A DNA stretch of 64,000 nt from Octopus sinensis (Eukaryota): the NCBI RefSeq assembly GCF_006345805.1, contig NC_042999.1, positions 21,080,001-21,144,000 on the forward strand, given 5' to 3'. Of the stretch, positions 37,843 through 51,897 are shown piece after piece. Both the position numbers and the translations under genes were made by a program. How positions within the stretch are numbered: position 1 is the first letter of the stretch; every line of letters begins with the position of its first letter. The notes under the pieces were generated by a model. That model was not told the origin of the DNA. It did no database searches and was given only the letters and a program-made list of their open reading frames with translations.

Positions 37843-39368
37843 ATGTTATTCATTTATTTTAACAACACGGTTTCGTGCTCAGTTCTGCGTCAGGCATTGT
37901 GTGAATGCCTTCTGGTACAAACTCGGGGTAGAAAATGTGTTGTGAGTAAATTTCGTATATGAAATCTCGGCAAAAGCCAGAAGAAATGGACTCATATATA
38001 AAGTAGGAGTATAGAAAATGGACCGGTGTATATAGAATAGAATATTATATTAATTCAAATAGCTCTTCGTGTCTTCAACATTATGTTCAACAGAGGTGGT
38101 TGCAGTCTGGCCATTGACAGAGACAAAAGATTCCTTATTAAAGCCATTACGATTATCTTCAACATCATCGACAACAGTGATAAATACATTCTCCTTCAGT
38201 ATCGCACGAGCCTTATTATCATGATGGTCAACATTATAATGACCATAGCTAGGAACAGGATGAGCTCATCACCAGTAGTAGTAGTAGTTGCAGCAATAGT
38301 AGAAGCAGCAATATTTCGCTAACACGAATAAAAAAAGCAACACGTGACTCATTTGCATGCGAATCTCTTCAGTGCATGACCCACTTTAGTAAACGCGGGA
38401 TATATTTATGAGTTTTGTTCGTCTACGATGACATGCATGTAAGTATATGCCATGAGGCTGTGTATTTGTAAGCGTATGTGATGGCCGCACTGTTTCTGTG
38501 TGTGTGCTTGAGTGTGCATGTGTGTGTTTGTGTGCGTGCGTTTGTGATATTGAATGTGTGGACGTGAGGAACAGTCTAATCACGTAATGGCATTAAAATT
38601 CTCAACTCATGAACTTATTTCTGAAACTTTGCTATTCATTTATCATTTCGTTTCTATTTGTTGTATTCCATTACAATTTGTGAATCATCTGTGTGTTTGT
38701 GGTTTCATATTCACTTTCGCTTCTTTTTGTTGCTTTTGTTTCCTTTTATAAAGTGACAGAGGATATTTTGCAGACATCCATTTAACAAGTCAATAAATAA
38801 CATATTTTATATTACCAACTAACATAAAGCTTAAAAATAAAAAAAAGCAAGAAAAATATTTATCTCCCCGCCAGCCACAAACACCACCACAACTTCCATT
38901 CGTTATTAATGACATCAATTGTCCAGTCCGATTCGTTTCTAGACTCACCAGTTAGTATAACCAGCTATAAGTGTCTTGTTTCTCATGTCTTGTGACTGGT
39001 TTCCTTTTTTCGCATGAAATGAGAAGAAATAAGAAAACTGTTAGATTTTACAAATAAAAACTTTTGCTCCAAATTTGTATCATTATATTCAACAAGATGT
39101 TCCAACTCATTTTTGGCTTCGATTCTGTATGTAGAAAGTTTTGAATGCAACTTTCTATATACGTAAAGAATATAATGTAAAGAATCTGAAAGAACGAGTA
39201 GTGTGTAATATATCCGATGGCCTTTTGAACTTAGGTATATAGACTACTTTTTTGTATTTAAGAGTATTGTTGTGTGCTGCGACTATAATAAATTCTTTCA
39301 TTTTGCGAACATCGACATTTTTTAAAGAAAAAGTATTCGACGGTTTACGAGAACATATATAATAACGA

Positions 39369-40450
39369 TACGACGTGTTTGATAATAGGAAGAACGGGTG
39401 AAAAGGTGATAGGTTGACCAAGATACTGTTATGGAATGTGACTAAATGAGAATTATTTTGCAACATAGTTACCCTCTGCGGTCCAAATTTTTTCCATTGG
39501 TGTCGCAGTGCTTCTACCACATTGCTGAAGATTTCTTTATCCTTCTGGTCGAAAAGTTAAACAACAAAACATATGACGACATACTACGATACAGGTTCCC
39601 AAACAAGTGGGGTTATTTTTCATGTTAGGGAATAAATGATAGTCAGATGGAGTCAAATCAGGAGAAGAGAGGGGAAGATCGATTAGTTCAAAGTCAGTCT
39701 TTGACAGCATCAATTGAAATAAGGAGTGTGCTGGAGCAACTGTTCTGATAAAACAAAACCGCTTTCGTCAGTTTTTCTGAGACTTTTGTCGTGATAGCCT
39801 TTCGTAACTAGCTCAACAATTTGCAATAGTACTCTCCGTTGATGCTGTAACCTTTGTGAAGATACAGTTCTATATTTAAGAGATGAGGAATTCCGTACAT
39901 TATTTACATTATTTACATTCGACGGATTTTTTTCTTCATTTTGTTTGTTGTTATATGCCCTAAAATTCACTCTATAATTGCCCACGGTCATATGGCGTAG
40001 TGGCTAAGAGCGCGGGCTAATAATCCCAAGATCCCGAGTTCGATTCCGAGCAGTGATCTGAACAACAATAATAATAATAATAATAACATCAAAAAATAGG
40101 AGTGAGAACCCAGTTTCGAAATTTCCCCAAGAAGTCTAGAGAGTATATCAGCCGAAACGTATACAACAAACAAGATGGGGACAAATATCCGTCGAATGTA
40201 AACAATGTACTTTTTGAAGATTATCAATAAAAACAATGTTTTTGCATCCTCTAAAACTGAGGCTATCCCTGCAAGTGAAACGAACTGGCCTTCTTTGGAG
40301 CCAGTGAAAGGAAGGGTGTTCCCACTGCAGGGATTGTCTGTTTTTCTCTGGCTCAAAATGATGAAAACAACATTCATCCTAGCTCCGCCATCCTTTAAGG
40401 AAAGCAATTGTATCTGATCTGTCGCACACATTGTCAGATTCCGACTAGTC
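39369..40450 (-). mobile_element. Mariner relic (catalytic and C-terminal part) interrupted by an insertion at about 39863-40210
   Basis: DEC..HHFEPEK.RQSLQWEHP..; after the insertion GYSINGEYY..LRKAI..; SPDLTPSDYHLFPNMK; ALRHQWKK. Confidence 0.85.
39979..40210 (+). mobile_element. tRNA-headed element with Penelope-like hammerhead tail (family H1, copy 1), plus inverted tail copy at 39863-39960
   Basis: A box TGGCGTAGTGG, B box GAGTTCGATTCC; CAGCC-GAAA-CGT-A at 40149-40161; homologous to 47980-48216. Confidence 0.8.
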
Positions 40451-40469
40451 ATGTCTATGGAACGTGAAG

Positions 40470-40690
40470 ACCAACTAAAGTAGACCTCACACAGGGTTCC
40501 AGCAAGACGGGGCAACTGCCCACACGGCAACAGAAACAATGCAGTTGCTACGCCAGTGCTTTAGAGAGAGAGTAATCTCGCGCCTCGGCAATGTCAACTG
40601 TTATATTGCATCAAAATTTCATGCATTTATTTGTAAAATTAAAGAAGTTATTAAAAATTGAATCCCCATCTGTGACCTTTGGGACATCCT
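40470..40690 (+). mobile_element. Tc1/mariner (maT/rosa-like) fragment
   Basis: FQQDGATAHTATETMQLLRQCFRERVISR; TIR-like GGGACATCCTGT end. Confidence 0.75.
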
Positions 40691-40895
40691 GTGTTTGTGT
40701 GTGTGTGTTTGTCGCCCCACTATCACCATCGCTTGACAATCGATATTGGTGTGTTTATGTCCCTGTAACATCAGCGGTTCGGCAAAAGCGACCGATAGAT
40801 TAAGTACTTGTCTCTCAAAATATAAGTCCTTGGGATGATAAAGGCGATGCCCTAGCTTGACCGCAGTCAAATAACTGAAACAAGTAAAAGAATAA
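40691..40895 (+). mobile_element. SINE S1 3' part
   Basis: Tail match. Confidence 0.8.
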
Positions 40896-41131
40896 AAAAT
40901 ATATATACATATATATAAAAACACATCAACACATACGTACATACACACATATATATATATATATGGGAGGGCACAATGGAAATAAATATTTTGTTAGAAA
41001 ACGAAAGAAATTGAACAATTACAATTCTCTTATGATACTAAATAGAAACGATTATAACTTTTATTGGTAAACAAGTTTACATATGTACACGCCCGCACAC
41101 ACACATATATATATATATATACAAGTATGTA

Positions 41132-41224
<93 letters not shown>

Positions 41225-41532
41225 GACATGTTTATATGTGTATATATATACATACATATTTGCACATGGATATACATAATTATATATGTCTGTTTGAGTG
41301 TTTGTACACATATATATTGTACAAATGTGTGTGTATGCGTTTGGCAAAATTCCTGATCCTAGGGAAACGAATCTTATTACTTTGGTCTAGTACCTATCCT
41401 ATAATTCCTTTATCACTATGTACTTATTAATTTTGATTCGATATGTAACAAAAACAAACATGGCTACCCACATACGTATGCACATCCGTATGTACGCATG
41501 TGCAGTTATGAATATAGTTCCACAGACAAGTA

Positions 41533-41577
<45 letters not shown>

Positions 41578-41954
41578 TTCGATACACACAGTACATATGG
41601 TACCGTGAACATTTGCGTACTATTAGTGAGAATGACGTTCATGTAATTTTTCTTTATGTGTGGCAATAATGTCAACGGTTATCGACCTATTATTCTGGAG
41701 GTATATAAAACTAATAAAGCACAAAATAGCGTTCCTGATTTCGCTAATAATGTTTTACTGTACATTGAACAATCCATCAATCTGTGCGTTTGTATTACTC
41801 CTTCTGTATATTTATATTATTCTTTTACTCGCTACAGCCTTGCAGCTGCGGTCTTTATGGAGCGTCTTTCTGATTTCCTCTGTTTGGAACGTTGCACATC
41901 ACCACTCCTATATGTGCCTTTGCCCCAGCTGTATATGTATGTGTGTACTATGTA

Positions 41955-42459
41955 TGAATGGCCCAGTGGTTAGGGCGGCGGACTTTTAGGTCGTAGGATC
42001 GCGGTTTCGATTCCCAGACCGGGCATTGTTAGTGTTTATTGAGCAAAAACACCTGAAGTTCCACGAGGATCCGGGAGGGGGTGGTGGTGAACCCTGCTGT
42101 ATTCTTTCACCACAGCTTTCTCTCACTCTTTCTTCCTGTTCCTGTTGTACCTGTATTTCAAAGGGCCACACTCTGTCACACTCTGTTTCACGCTGAATCT
42201 CTCCGAGATCTACGTTAAGGGTACACGTGTCTGTGGAGTGCTCGGCCACTTGCACGTTAATAAATGAGCTGCGACGTCACTGGTGCCAAGCTGTATCGGC
42301 CTTTGCCTTTCCCTTGGATAACATAGGTGACATGGAGAGTGGAGGCTGATATGCATGGGCGACTGCTGGTCTTCAATAAACAACCTTGCCCCGACTTGTG
42401 CCTCGGAGGGTAACTTACTAGGTGCAATCCCATGGTCAGTCATGACTGAAGGGAGTCAC
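41955..42459 (+). mobile_element. SINE S3 long form with a different 3' body
   Basis: S3 head plus module shared with 37.1 kb, then a distinct ~300-bp tail ending CCCATGGTCAGTCATGACTGAAGGG. Confidence 0.8.
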
Positions 42460-42502
42460 GCTATGTATGCATGTATATATATATTATATATATATAATAT
42501 AT

Positions 42503-42539
<37 letters not shown>

Positions 42540-43199
42540 TATGTATATGTACGCATGTATGTATATATATATATATATATATAATATATATATATATCAT
42601 ATGTATATGTACGTATGTATGTATGTATATATAGATATATATATATATCCACATACATGCATATACGCAGATATGTATGTGTATATTCAGATGTATATAT
42701 GTATACAATTATTTGTGTATACGTGAATATATCTTTACGTAGGTACGTTTCATACTTTTACGTTAAAAATGATTCTTTTTACAACAGTTTAGTGCTGTAG
42801 ATGTCTATGATTCTATATCGGCCGATGCGTGCTCCAGAAATCAATACGCAGACCAGAGTGTGTTGTCTATCGGAATTGTGATGTATGCTACACAAATACG
42901 GTGGTCTATATTTGTTGCGTTTACCCATCGACCGTTCTCTCACGTCCAACATGGAAGATACAAACTATTACTTTGCCTCTTTCACTCGTTTCTTTTCATC
43001 CATCTAAGCGCATGACCGCATACATACACATGCATACACACACATATACATACATATAGTCAAGCATGTGTGTGTGTATGTATATATGTGTGAGAGTGTG
43101 TATGTACGATTGTATGTACGACTAATTATGTGCCTGTGTATGTGAGTGTGCTTGTATGTACGTACGTACGTATGTACATTATATATATATATAATGGAT

Positions 43200-43945
43200 T
43201 TCTTTTATCAAAAATAGAAAGTGCGGTCTTCATCTATGCATAAGTTTATGTCTTTGATCGATTTGCACATGGCATATATTTCTCCAGTTCTCAACTTGGT
43301 TGTTCGTGGTGTACAGGTAGCCTTGAAACCTCATACTGCTAGAAGTTACAAATTCTCTGCATTTTCACCAAAACTCTTCTTTGGTTGACCGCACTAACTT
43401 CACTGGTAGTGTGTGCCAAGGATGAACAGAGATCAGTGAAGTCAGTTCTCTAATCTGAATGTGTGTCAGGGGCAGACATTTATCGCAAAAACTTATCGCA
43501 GTCTTTCAGTATTTTACAGGGACAGAGGTCTGCCGCGTAGAAGTGTATATTAGTGGATTGGAAAGTCTAAGAAGCACGAATAGAGAATAAATTGTGCAAC
43601 AAGATCCATCACTGACTTGGTAATTCAGCAGCTTTGAGAGCTGATTCTAGTTAATTGGCAAGTGACCATCGATGAGGTGGCACGTTCTCTACATATTAGC
43701 TATAGTTTTGCATATGAAATCTTCAACGATATGACTCGTTTCCGAAAATTATGAGCGAGAACGGTATACAGATGGTGACTGAACATTATAAGGGCAATCA
43801 TGTGGAAATCTGTTACTACTTACTGACTGCTACAACTATGAAGGCGAAGCTGTTTTGGAGAGAATAGTCACAGAAGATTCAGCCTGTATCCATCACTTTG
43901 AGCCAAAATCCAAAATCAGAATATCGGTTGGAAAACCCCAGAATC
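43200..43945 (+). mobile_element. Mariner 5' two-thirds, degraded
   Basis: VCAKDEQRSV..; LPRRSVY.WI; VTIDEVA.SLHIS; LERIVT.D...HHFEPKSK. Confidence 0.85.
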
Positions 43946-44044
43946 GTTAGCAGAAAAGAAATTCAAGACATTTTTTTCAAAAAGAATACCTACAATTTTT
44001 TCTTACTCTCGTACATCTATATAAATTTATCTATTTATATACTT

Positions 44045-44152
44045 AGAAAAACAGACAATCCCTGCAGTGGGAACACCCTTCCTTACTTGCTCCAAAGAAG
44101 GCCAGTTCGTTTTACTTGCAGGGATAGCCTCAGTTTTTGAGGATGTAAAAAC
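44045..44152 (+). mobile_element. Mariner fragment, same family as 40231-40348
   Basis: Near-identical to the reverse complement of 40231-40348. Confidence 0.85.
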
Positions 44153-44437
44153 ACACATACAGGGTTATATATATATATATACACACACATACATGTCTAT
44201 ATTTTGATAGATTACTGCTACCTGATCTCATACAGTTCGACCCGAATAATAGAATATGTATCTTTAGAATTAAAAACTTGAAGTAGTTTATATCCTTTTG
44301 CTTGCGATAATGTCTCAGAACAACTGTAGTGTATTCTAATTCCCATTTACTAAAGATGATTTGCATGAACCCCTCCTAATACAATCCTTATAATTACCGA
44401 AATAAATTAGTTCCTTCTTTCTCTTCACAATCTATCT

Positions 44438-44441
44438 TTAT

Positions 44442-44484
<43 letters not shown>

Positions 44485-44760
44485 TACATACATATATACA
44501 ATATACATACATATATACATATATACATACATATATACTATATACATATATATATACATATACATATATATATACATATATACATACATATATACATATA
44601 TACATTATATATACATATATACAATATATATACATATATACATATATATATACATATATACATATATACATACATATATACATATTATATATATATATAT
44701 ACATATATATACATATATACATTATATATATATATACATATAATATACATATATACATAT

Positions 44761-44792
<32 letters not shown>

Positions 44793-44922
44793 CATATACA
44801 TATATATATGCATATACATATACATATATATATATATATATATAATATATACATATATATATATATACATATATACATATATATATATATAACATATATA
44901 CATATATACATATATATATTAT

Positions 44923-44965
<43 letters not shown>

Positions 44966-45035
44966 CATATATATATTATATATATATACATATACATATA
45001 TATATATATATACATATATACATATATATATATAT

Positions 45036-45066
<31 letters not shown>

Positions 45067-45190
45067 AAATTCTATGTATGCATATACATGCATGCATATT
45101 ATATAATCAAACATACGTGTGTGTGTTTGATTATATATGTACATATATATGTATGTATATAAACTTATAAATTCATATATATACATATAT
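44438..45190. repeat. Degenerate (TATACA)/(TA)n microsatellite, ~750 bp
   Basis: Directly visible. Confidence 0.95.
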
Positions 45191-46168
45191 GCGTGATTTG
45201 TTGCTCGATGAACACCGTAAACAATCTGCTATACTCTCGAGGCTACTATTAAACATCAGCATTATTAAAAGTACGCAAATTACCAAATTTCTATAGCTAA
45301 CCAATTCGGTGGCAAAATAGCATTTTCGAAATAGAATATCAAAGTTTAAAAGAATAAGAAAATATAGACATTTTCCCTTATAACGGAAGGCGTACGCATT
45401 AATGTTTCTTACATTAACTCATGATTGTGTTTATTTTAACTCAAGAACAGCAGAAAAACAATAATATCCATTGTTATTCAAAACTACGAAGCCATTAAAA
45501 GTAAATTGAGATATATTGTGTATTTTTTTACTGTTTCATTGTCTTCTTGCTATAAACAAAGGAAATTGATTTGAAGAAATTTTAGATGTAATGAGCTATA
45601 TAAAATAGTTTTTCGTCAACGTTTATCAAAAGCTTAAGGAATATTACGTGATATTTTCTTGTATTTTAGACAAGACTTGGAGAAATGTAACACGAGATGA
45701 GTAGATTTTCTCCATTTTTAAACACGGATCAAATAACATCCATTTTGTCATGTAGTGTGTACGCTGTATTCTTACATTTGGCAGCTATTAACAGAGTAAT
45801 GTCATATAACTTTATATAAGATTTGAAGAACAGAAAAAAAAATAACAGTAAAATATTCAAACAATTTTTTTTTCTTTTGTGATCTAACAACGTGACTGTG
45901 TGGCATATTTTCGAAGCTAGTGTGACGGAGGAATAAAGAATTAAACGAGGGTGGCGATGTATAATTCTCAATGCAAATTTACGAAGCTGGAAATACTTAA
46001 GATAAATAATAAAGACTTAAGATAAATCAGCCTTTAAACTACAATATACTAAACCAGTCCAAAATAGCTTATGCCAATCTTGTTAGAAATTTCAGAATAT
46101 ATATATATATACATATATATACATGAAACGAGAGAGATGCATACATTCCTAGACACACACACATATAT

Positions 46169-46231
<63 letters not shown>

Positions 46232-46848
46232 TAACTGTAAGATTATGTCTTCAAACACTTCCAGTTCTAAGAGACCAAATGAAATGAAATTTGATAAATA
46301 TATAAAAATGAATTGTCAGCTTTGAGCAAATAATTTGACTTGCAAGTCTAGAAATAAAGTATGTGAACACCAATTATTATCCTGAAACTGGAAAAAAATA
46401 TGTTGAAATTCTAAAGGAAATCAGAGGAGATAAAAGAATTAGCAATAAACGGAATAATGTGGCTGTACGCCTGTGTCGGTAACCACGTCGCAGTTTTGTG
46501 ACAAAAGTCACGGCACCTTATTAAATGAAATTTGTATTTAAAGTGAATTTAACTGTTTAATGAGTTACTGAATGACTAGAGTGTCTTTTCCATCAATTTG
46601 TTGTTTTCATCTCTACGTACCATCTCTGATCAGGGTGACACGTTTAAAATGTTGATCTCCGAAACTGAATAACACATGAATCTATAAAATATATTTTGTT
46701 TTGATTTGCATTTTTCGGGTTTATCTATGTTATAATTACCTTCTAAAGAACAATTCGATTATGTGGGACAGGATACAAAATTTAAGGCTTTAATAGGATC
46801 TTTGGTAAATTCAAACTCGAATAGTTTGCTGAATGTTATAATCTTACA

Positions 46849-47231
46849 CTTTACTCTTTTACTTGTTTCAGTCATTTGACTGTGGCCATCCTAGAGCACC
46901 GCCTGTAGTCAAGCAAACCTACCCCAGGTCGTATTCTTTGTAAGCCTAGTACTTATTCTATCGGACTCTTTTGCCGAACCGCTATGTTATGGGATCGGTA
47001 TCAAGAGATGTTGGAGGACAGACACAAACATACACACACACACATATATATATATATATGTATATATGACGGGCTTCTTTCAGTTTCCGTCTACCAAATC
47101 CACTCACAAGGCTTTGGCCGGCCCGAGGCTATAGTAGAAGACACTTGACCAAGGTGCCACACAGTGGGACTGAATCCAGAACCATGTCGTTGGTAAGCAA
47201 GCTTCTTACCACACAGCCACATCTGCGCCTT
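46849..47231 (-). mobile_element. SINE S1
   Basis: Reverse complement, head to tail. Confidence 0.9.
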
Positions 47232-47979
47232 ATCTCTATGAATTGTGTTATAAATGAAGTGTTTCTAGTCTACCACTTTAGTTGTTTCTACAAGTTTTAT
47301 AGTCTTGAAATGTAAACAGAAACATACTGGTAAATTTTGCCTGTAATCTTTTGTACATATTTCTTTTCATGTGTAATACTCCAATTACAAAATAAGCGTA
47401 TTTTCACAGTTACTTCACCAGTTGCTAACGTATCTTTCCAGACATAAGATCTAGATGAATGTAGTACATTATAGCTACAGCTTGACAATTTCACATGACC
47501 TGCTATTAATGGTAGAAAAATATGTCCAAATGTTTATGCCTTGCCATGTACGAAATTTGTTTCACATTTATCATACTTCATATGTTCGAAGTCAAGATAT
47601 CACCTCATTCATTAGCATACACAACTACCAACTAAAACTTGTATAAGGATAGAAAAGAAATTTGGAATAACGGAAAAGCCAGGAGATATGAGGTCATTTG
47701 TTTTACTGGAATTATGGTAGCATCTTGCGTGAATCTCATCTTCTAATTAAAGCGACTCATAGAGCAACAACAGCGGGAGCCCCGTCTTTGCTTTTCGACG
47801 TAACGTTTTCAAACTTTCTTAGGTATCACAATGGCTCAAGTTTCTTCTGTTGATTCTTACATAATTTCAGTTGTGAAATGCTCACATGGTAATCAGAAAT
47901 AGTATATTTTGAAATTCAGTTTTGAGTTTCTACATATTTAAACAGTTCTTTGCTATGACAAACTCAGACATCTTTACGA

Positions 47980-48216
47980 GTACATTATTTACATTTGACG
48001 GATACTTGACTTCGTTTTGTTTGTTATTAAAATAACGTATCGGCTGATATACCCTACAGCATTCATCAGGTGCCTTGAGGAAATTTCGAACCTGGGTTCT
48101 CATTCCTAAGGTAATTATTATTACTATAAATATTCAGGTCACTGCCTGGAATCGAACTCGGAATCTTGGGATTATTAGCCAGCGCTCTTATCCCCTACGC
48201 CATTTGCCCATGGGCA
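47980..48216 (-). mobile_element. Family H1, copy 2
   Basis: Minus strand: tRNA-like head, then gcac-CTGATGA-a-tgctg-(loop)-cagcc-GATA-cgt-t. Confidence 0.8.
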
Positions 48217-49153
48217 TATGGTGTAGTGTCATGATTTTCTTGTTTGAAAAGTATTGCTTATATATAGAGAGAAATGTTCCCACATTTCCGTAATCACATT
48301 TTCAAACTTAAATTTCCTTTTCCTACAACGTACTATTTTTCAGTTATAATTCTGTATTTGGTTCCAAACCAATTCTCCTTGTTTGCAGGCCAAACATATA
48401 TATAATATATAAACACACGCATGTTTGTATATATACGCATCTATGTATGTATACCTGTATATATATAAGCCTGTAAGTATTATCCGAATTGTGAGTGAGG
48501 GAGCATATGCATTTGCTGAAATATGTACATAAGCGAAATTTAGACGTAATATCTAGCTTGATGCATGAGAGATATATGAGAGAAATATCAAATGGCTATA
48601 ATATGTTAAAATATAATACATAATACTTCACGACGCTATTGTCACTCTTCATAGAAATCCATTAGTATTAAAGCCAAAGGGAGAAATGACAACATCACAA
48701 AGCTTGAAAATTGAGTGTTTGAATTTACATAATCGCGTAAAAATTGTTTAAATATTTTCGCTTTTTTTTCTCATAAGACATTGTTAAATATGACAATATT
48801 TAATGAAGTATTTTCTTTTAAAACAATAATGTAATTTATATCTGAATGAAACAGAATAAACGGACAGCAGAACAAAACATCCTGTACAATCGCAACCTAT
48901 TAAGACGGCAAACTGTCAGATATTTTGAGAATAATTAGCGAACGGAAAATGAATATGAAGGAAGAATTGACAACTTGGGTTGTTGAGAAATGTGTTTTAC
49001 TATAAAAATAGCTTCCCGAACATGACAAACAGGCAGAAACGTAACGGCATCGCATAAAAGGCAAAGCGAATTTCCGTCCTTCCTTCCTTTTTACATTCTG
49101 AGTTCAACTGCAGCTCTGACGTCTTTGATTTTCATTCTTTCGGGGTCATTTAT

Positions 49154-49588
49154 GCGCAGGAGTGGCTGTGTGGTAAGTAGCTTGCTTGCCTACCACATGG
49201 TTCTGGGTTCAGTCCCACTGCGTGGCATCTTGGACAATTGTTTTCTACTAGAGCCTCGGGCCGAATAAAGCATTCTGAGTGGATTTAGTAGACGGAAACT
49301 GAAAGAAGCCCGTCTTATATATATATATATATATAAATAAATAAATAAATATGTGTGTGTGTGTGTGGTGTGTGTGTGTGTGTGCCATCCCAGCAACGCT
49401 TGACAACCGATGGTGGTGTGTTTACCTCCTCGTAACTTAGCGGTTCGTCAACCGTCAAAAAAGACCGATAGAATAAGTACTAGGCTTACAAAGAATAAGT
49501 TCTTGGGTCGATTTGCTCGACTAAAGGCGATGCTCCAGCATGGCCGCAGTCAAATGACTGAAACAAGTTAAAGAGTAAAGTGTAAAAG
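49154..49588 (+). mobile_element. SINE S1, full length (preceded by an S2 remnant at about 49075-49150)
   Basis: Head-to-tail match. Confidence 0.9.
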
Positions 49589-50429
49589 ACAGTATGCACT
49601 CTGATCAATTTAATCGATTTGCTCTTCGCTTCAAAAAATGAATGCTGGTCTTCTGCCCAAAATAGAAAGGGTCGTACATATGATGTTTCAAACTTGCTCC
49701 AGCTAAACATACTTAACTTGAATACAAGTTGTGTGAAATTGCTTCAAACCAAATTAAAATGAAGAAATTCAACGAAAGTATATTGAAATCTATGTGTGAA
49801 GTGGTTTGTGCACTTACGAACATATGAACATATGTATGTGTTTCTACTATCCGTTCTCCTGGGTCCAACTTAAGATAAATGTTTATGATCAATTATAAAT
49901 AGATCGGTTTTAAGACATCGCTCTCCAGGGAAGAAATATAATAGAAGGAATAAACAAACTTTATTATCTGATACACTATATTCATGACGATAAAATTAGT
50001 AATAATTCAAAAATATACAGCCATATAATACATTGATATCTTCATTCGTATGTGCATATTTGCTCCTTTATTTTGCGTGTTCATGTGTGTGTGTGTATTG
50101 ATAAGTGTGTATGTATATACATATATACCTGTATATGTGTGTGTATTTATATATATATATATATGATGACGCTTCATCTTGAGAGATGACCTATATATAT
50201 ATATGTGCGTGTGTATTTACATATATGATGATGCTTCATCTTGGCAGATGACAGCCATCCCATCAACACACATACCACACCCCCATCACACCATACAATC
50301 CCTCCGTTGATAAGCTTAAAACCAGCTGCTGACTAACATTTAAAACAGAAGTAACATATGTTATTCAGGTAACATATATTATTCATATAAAACAGAAGTA
50401 CCAAATATTATTCAAGTTTGTTCCACATT

Positions 50430-51000
50430 TTTTTCCTTTAGAATCTGATTCCGAAGGAATAGTTTTGTGAACTAGCGTATGTCATTTAAGTTCAGATATT
50501 TCCTTACAAGTTTTGTGACATATAACACAATTCGTAAGAGGCGGTTCGGCTTTATGATTATTACCTACCTGGGTGTTTCGTGTTTATTTACTGCTCTTTT
50601 TTATTCGAATGATGCGTGGACCAAATACATGCATCATATGAAAATGCTGGAGAGGTTTATTCAAAATTCCTCATACTTATCTTGGGAGTCAAATGGGAAT
50701 ATTTCATACCAGACACAGACGTTTTGCACATGGCAAGTTGTAGCTCAATTGAACATGTTATCTTGGCTAAAATGAGATGAGATGGACATATTCTTAGAAT
50801 GAAAGAAGAGCGATTGCCAAAGTGTCTTTTTTATAGTGGGTTCAACTCTGCTAAGTAACGACAACAAGCCGAGGAAAAGGTATAAAGATTGTGTGAAGAA
50901 AAACCTGAAGAAACTAGATATGAACAAAGGTAAATGGGAAAATTATGTTCTAGATCGGAACAAGTGGTGAGATGAGGTTAGGACTGGTTGAAATGCCTGG
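50430..51000 (+). mobile_element. RTE-clade LINE 3' relic
   Basis: ALFYSNDAWTKY..MKMLERF; ILGVKWE..IPDTDVL; GHILRMKEERLPK; KRYKDCVKKNLKK. Confidence 0.8.
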
Positions 51001-51339
51001 CAGGAAAAGATAATTCACCACAAAAGGGGCCCGTCGCAAAGGAACCATTAGAACTGAAATCAACAGTGAATATTGGATATATGTTTGATCGTGTTTCGTT
51101 GTCAAAAGCATGAAACGTGAATCGTGTCAAGGAAGTTGAAAATTGAAATGCCCAGCTATGCAATAATACATATTATTATTATTATCTTCCTGGGCATTTT
51201 CCTGACTATATTGAGTTGAGGAATAAATCATGAGCGATTTTTTTGGCAAATATAAAAATGCACGCAGAAATTTAAAAAAACCTATTCGCAAAATGTTTTA
51301 TGATATTTAAAAGAAATGTTTTGCTCTACAAGATAGTGT

Positions 51340-51897
51340 GTTTAACATTTTGAATTTTATTGATTTTTTTGTGTATTTTCAAATCATTAAAATGGAATGT
51401 CGAGTAAAAGTATTTTCGACACCATTTGTTTTTTTTGCATTTAATCGAAGTGTTAAGGCTGCCGAAGCTGTTTGTGCGTTTTGTGTTACCTATGGAGAAA
51501 GGGCAACGTCTCAAAGTACCACCGTTGGGTTTTGCGCTTGAAAAAAGGGAATTTTGACCTCAAGAACAGATCATACTCTAGTCGCATAATTGAGTTGGAT
51601 CAAAAGTGATTGAAACAATTTCTTCAGGAAAATCCACGTCAAACTATCAGAGAATTGACGAAGTAGATGGATTGTGATAAACGAACTGTGGTCAACCACC
51701 TTCATTCAATGGTCAAGGTCCAAAAGCTTGGCGGCTGGGTCTCACACTAAGCGAAAACAAAAATTAACGCTCCACAATAGGTACCAATTTGATTGCTCGA
51801 CATTGTTCAACATATGATCACAAAAAGCGTTTTCTTTACAGCATTTTCAATGACAGTGAAAAGACCATTTTGTGTGTATGGTGGGACTGGAAAGCTA
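51340..51897 (+). mobile_element. Mariner N-terminal relic related to 16227-16580
   Basis: MECRVK..; FLQENPRQTIREL; KVQKLGGWVSH. Confidence 0.85.

Noticed and set aside
38083-38322. 79-aa ORF as an exon
   Set aside because: Cryptic CAT/TAG/CAG trinucleotide low complexity; no motif or convincing splice sites.
39155-39520. 121-aa minus-strand ORF as a gene
   Set aside because: Starts in the mariner C-terminus and reads through its UTR/TIR into flank; no homology recognised.
39979-40060. Genuine tRNA genes (here and at the S1, S2 and S3 heads)
   Set aside because: A/B boxes are present but acceptor stems do not close and each continues into a repeat body.
40231-44152. 110-bp inverted repeat pair as TIRs of a 3.9-kb element
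   Set aside because: Both arms are internal transposase-coding fragments of the same mariner family; one continues as transposase on both sides.
44438-45186. Long ORFs (219, 240 and 154 aa) and the many YI/IY/CV-rich ORFs across the window
   Set aside because: Translations of TA/CA microsatellites, which lack stop codons in some frames.
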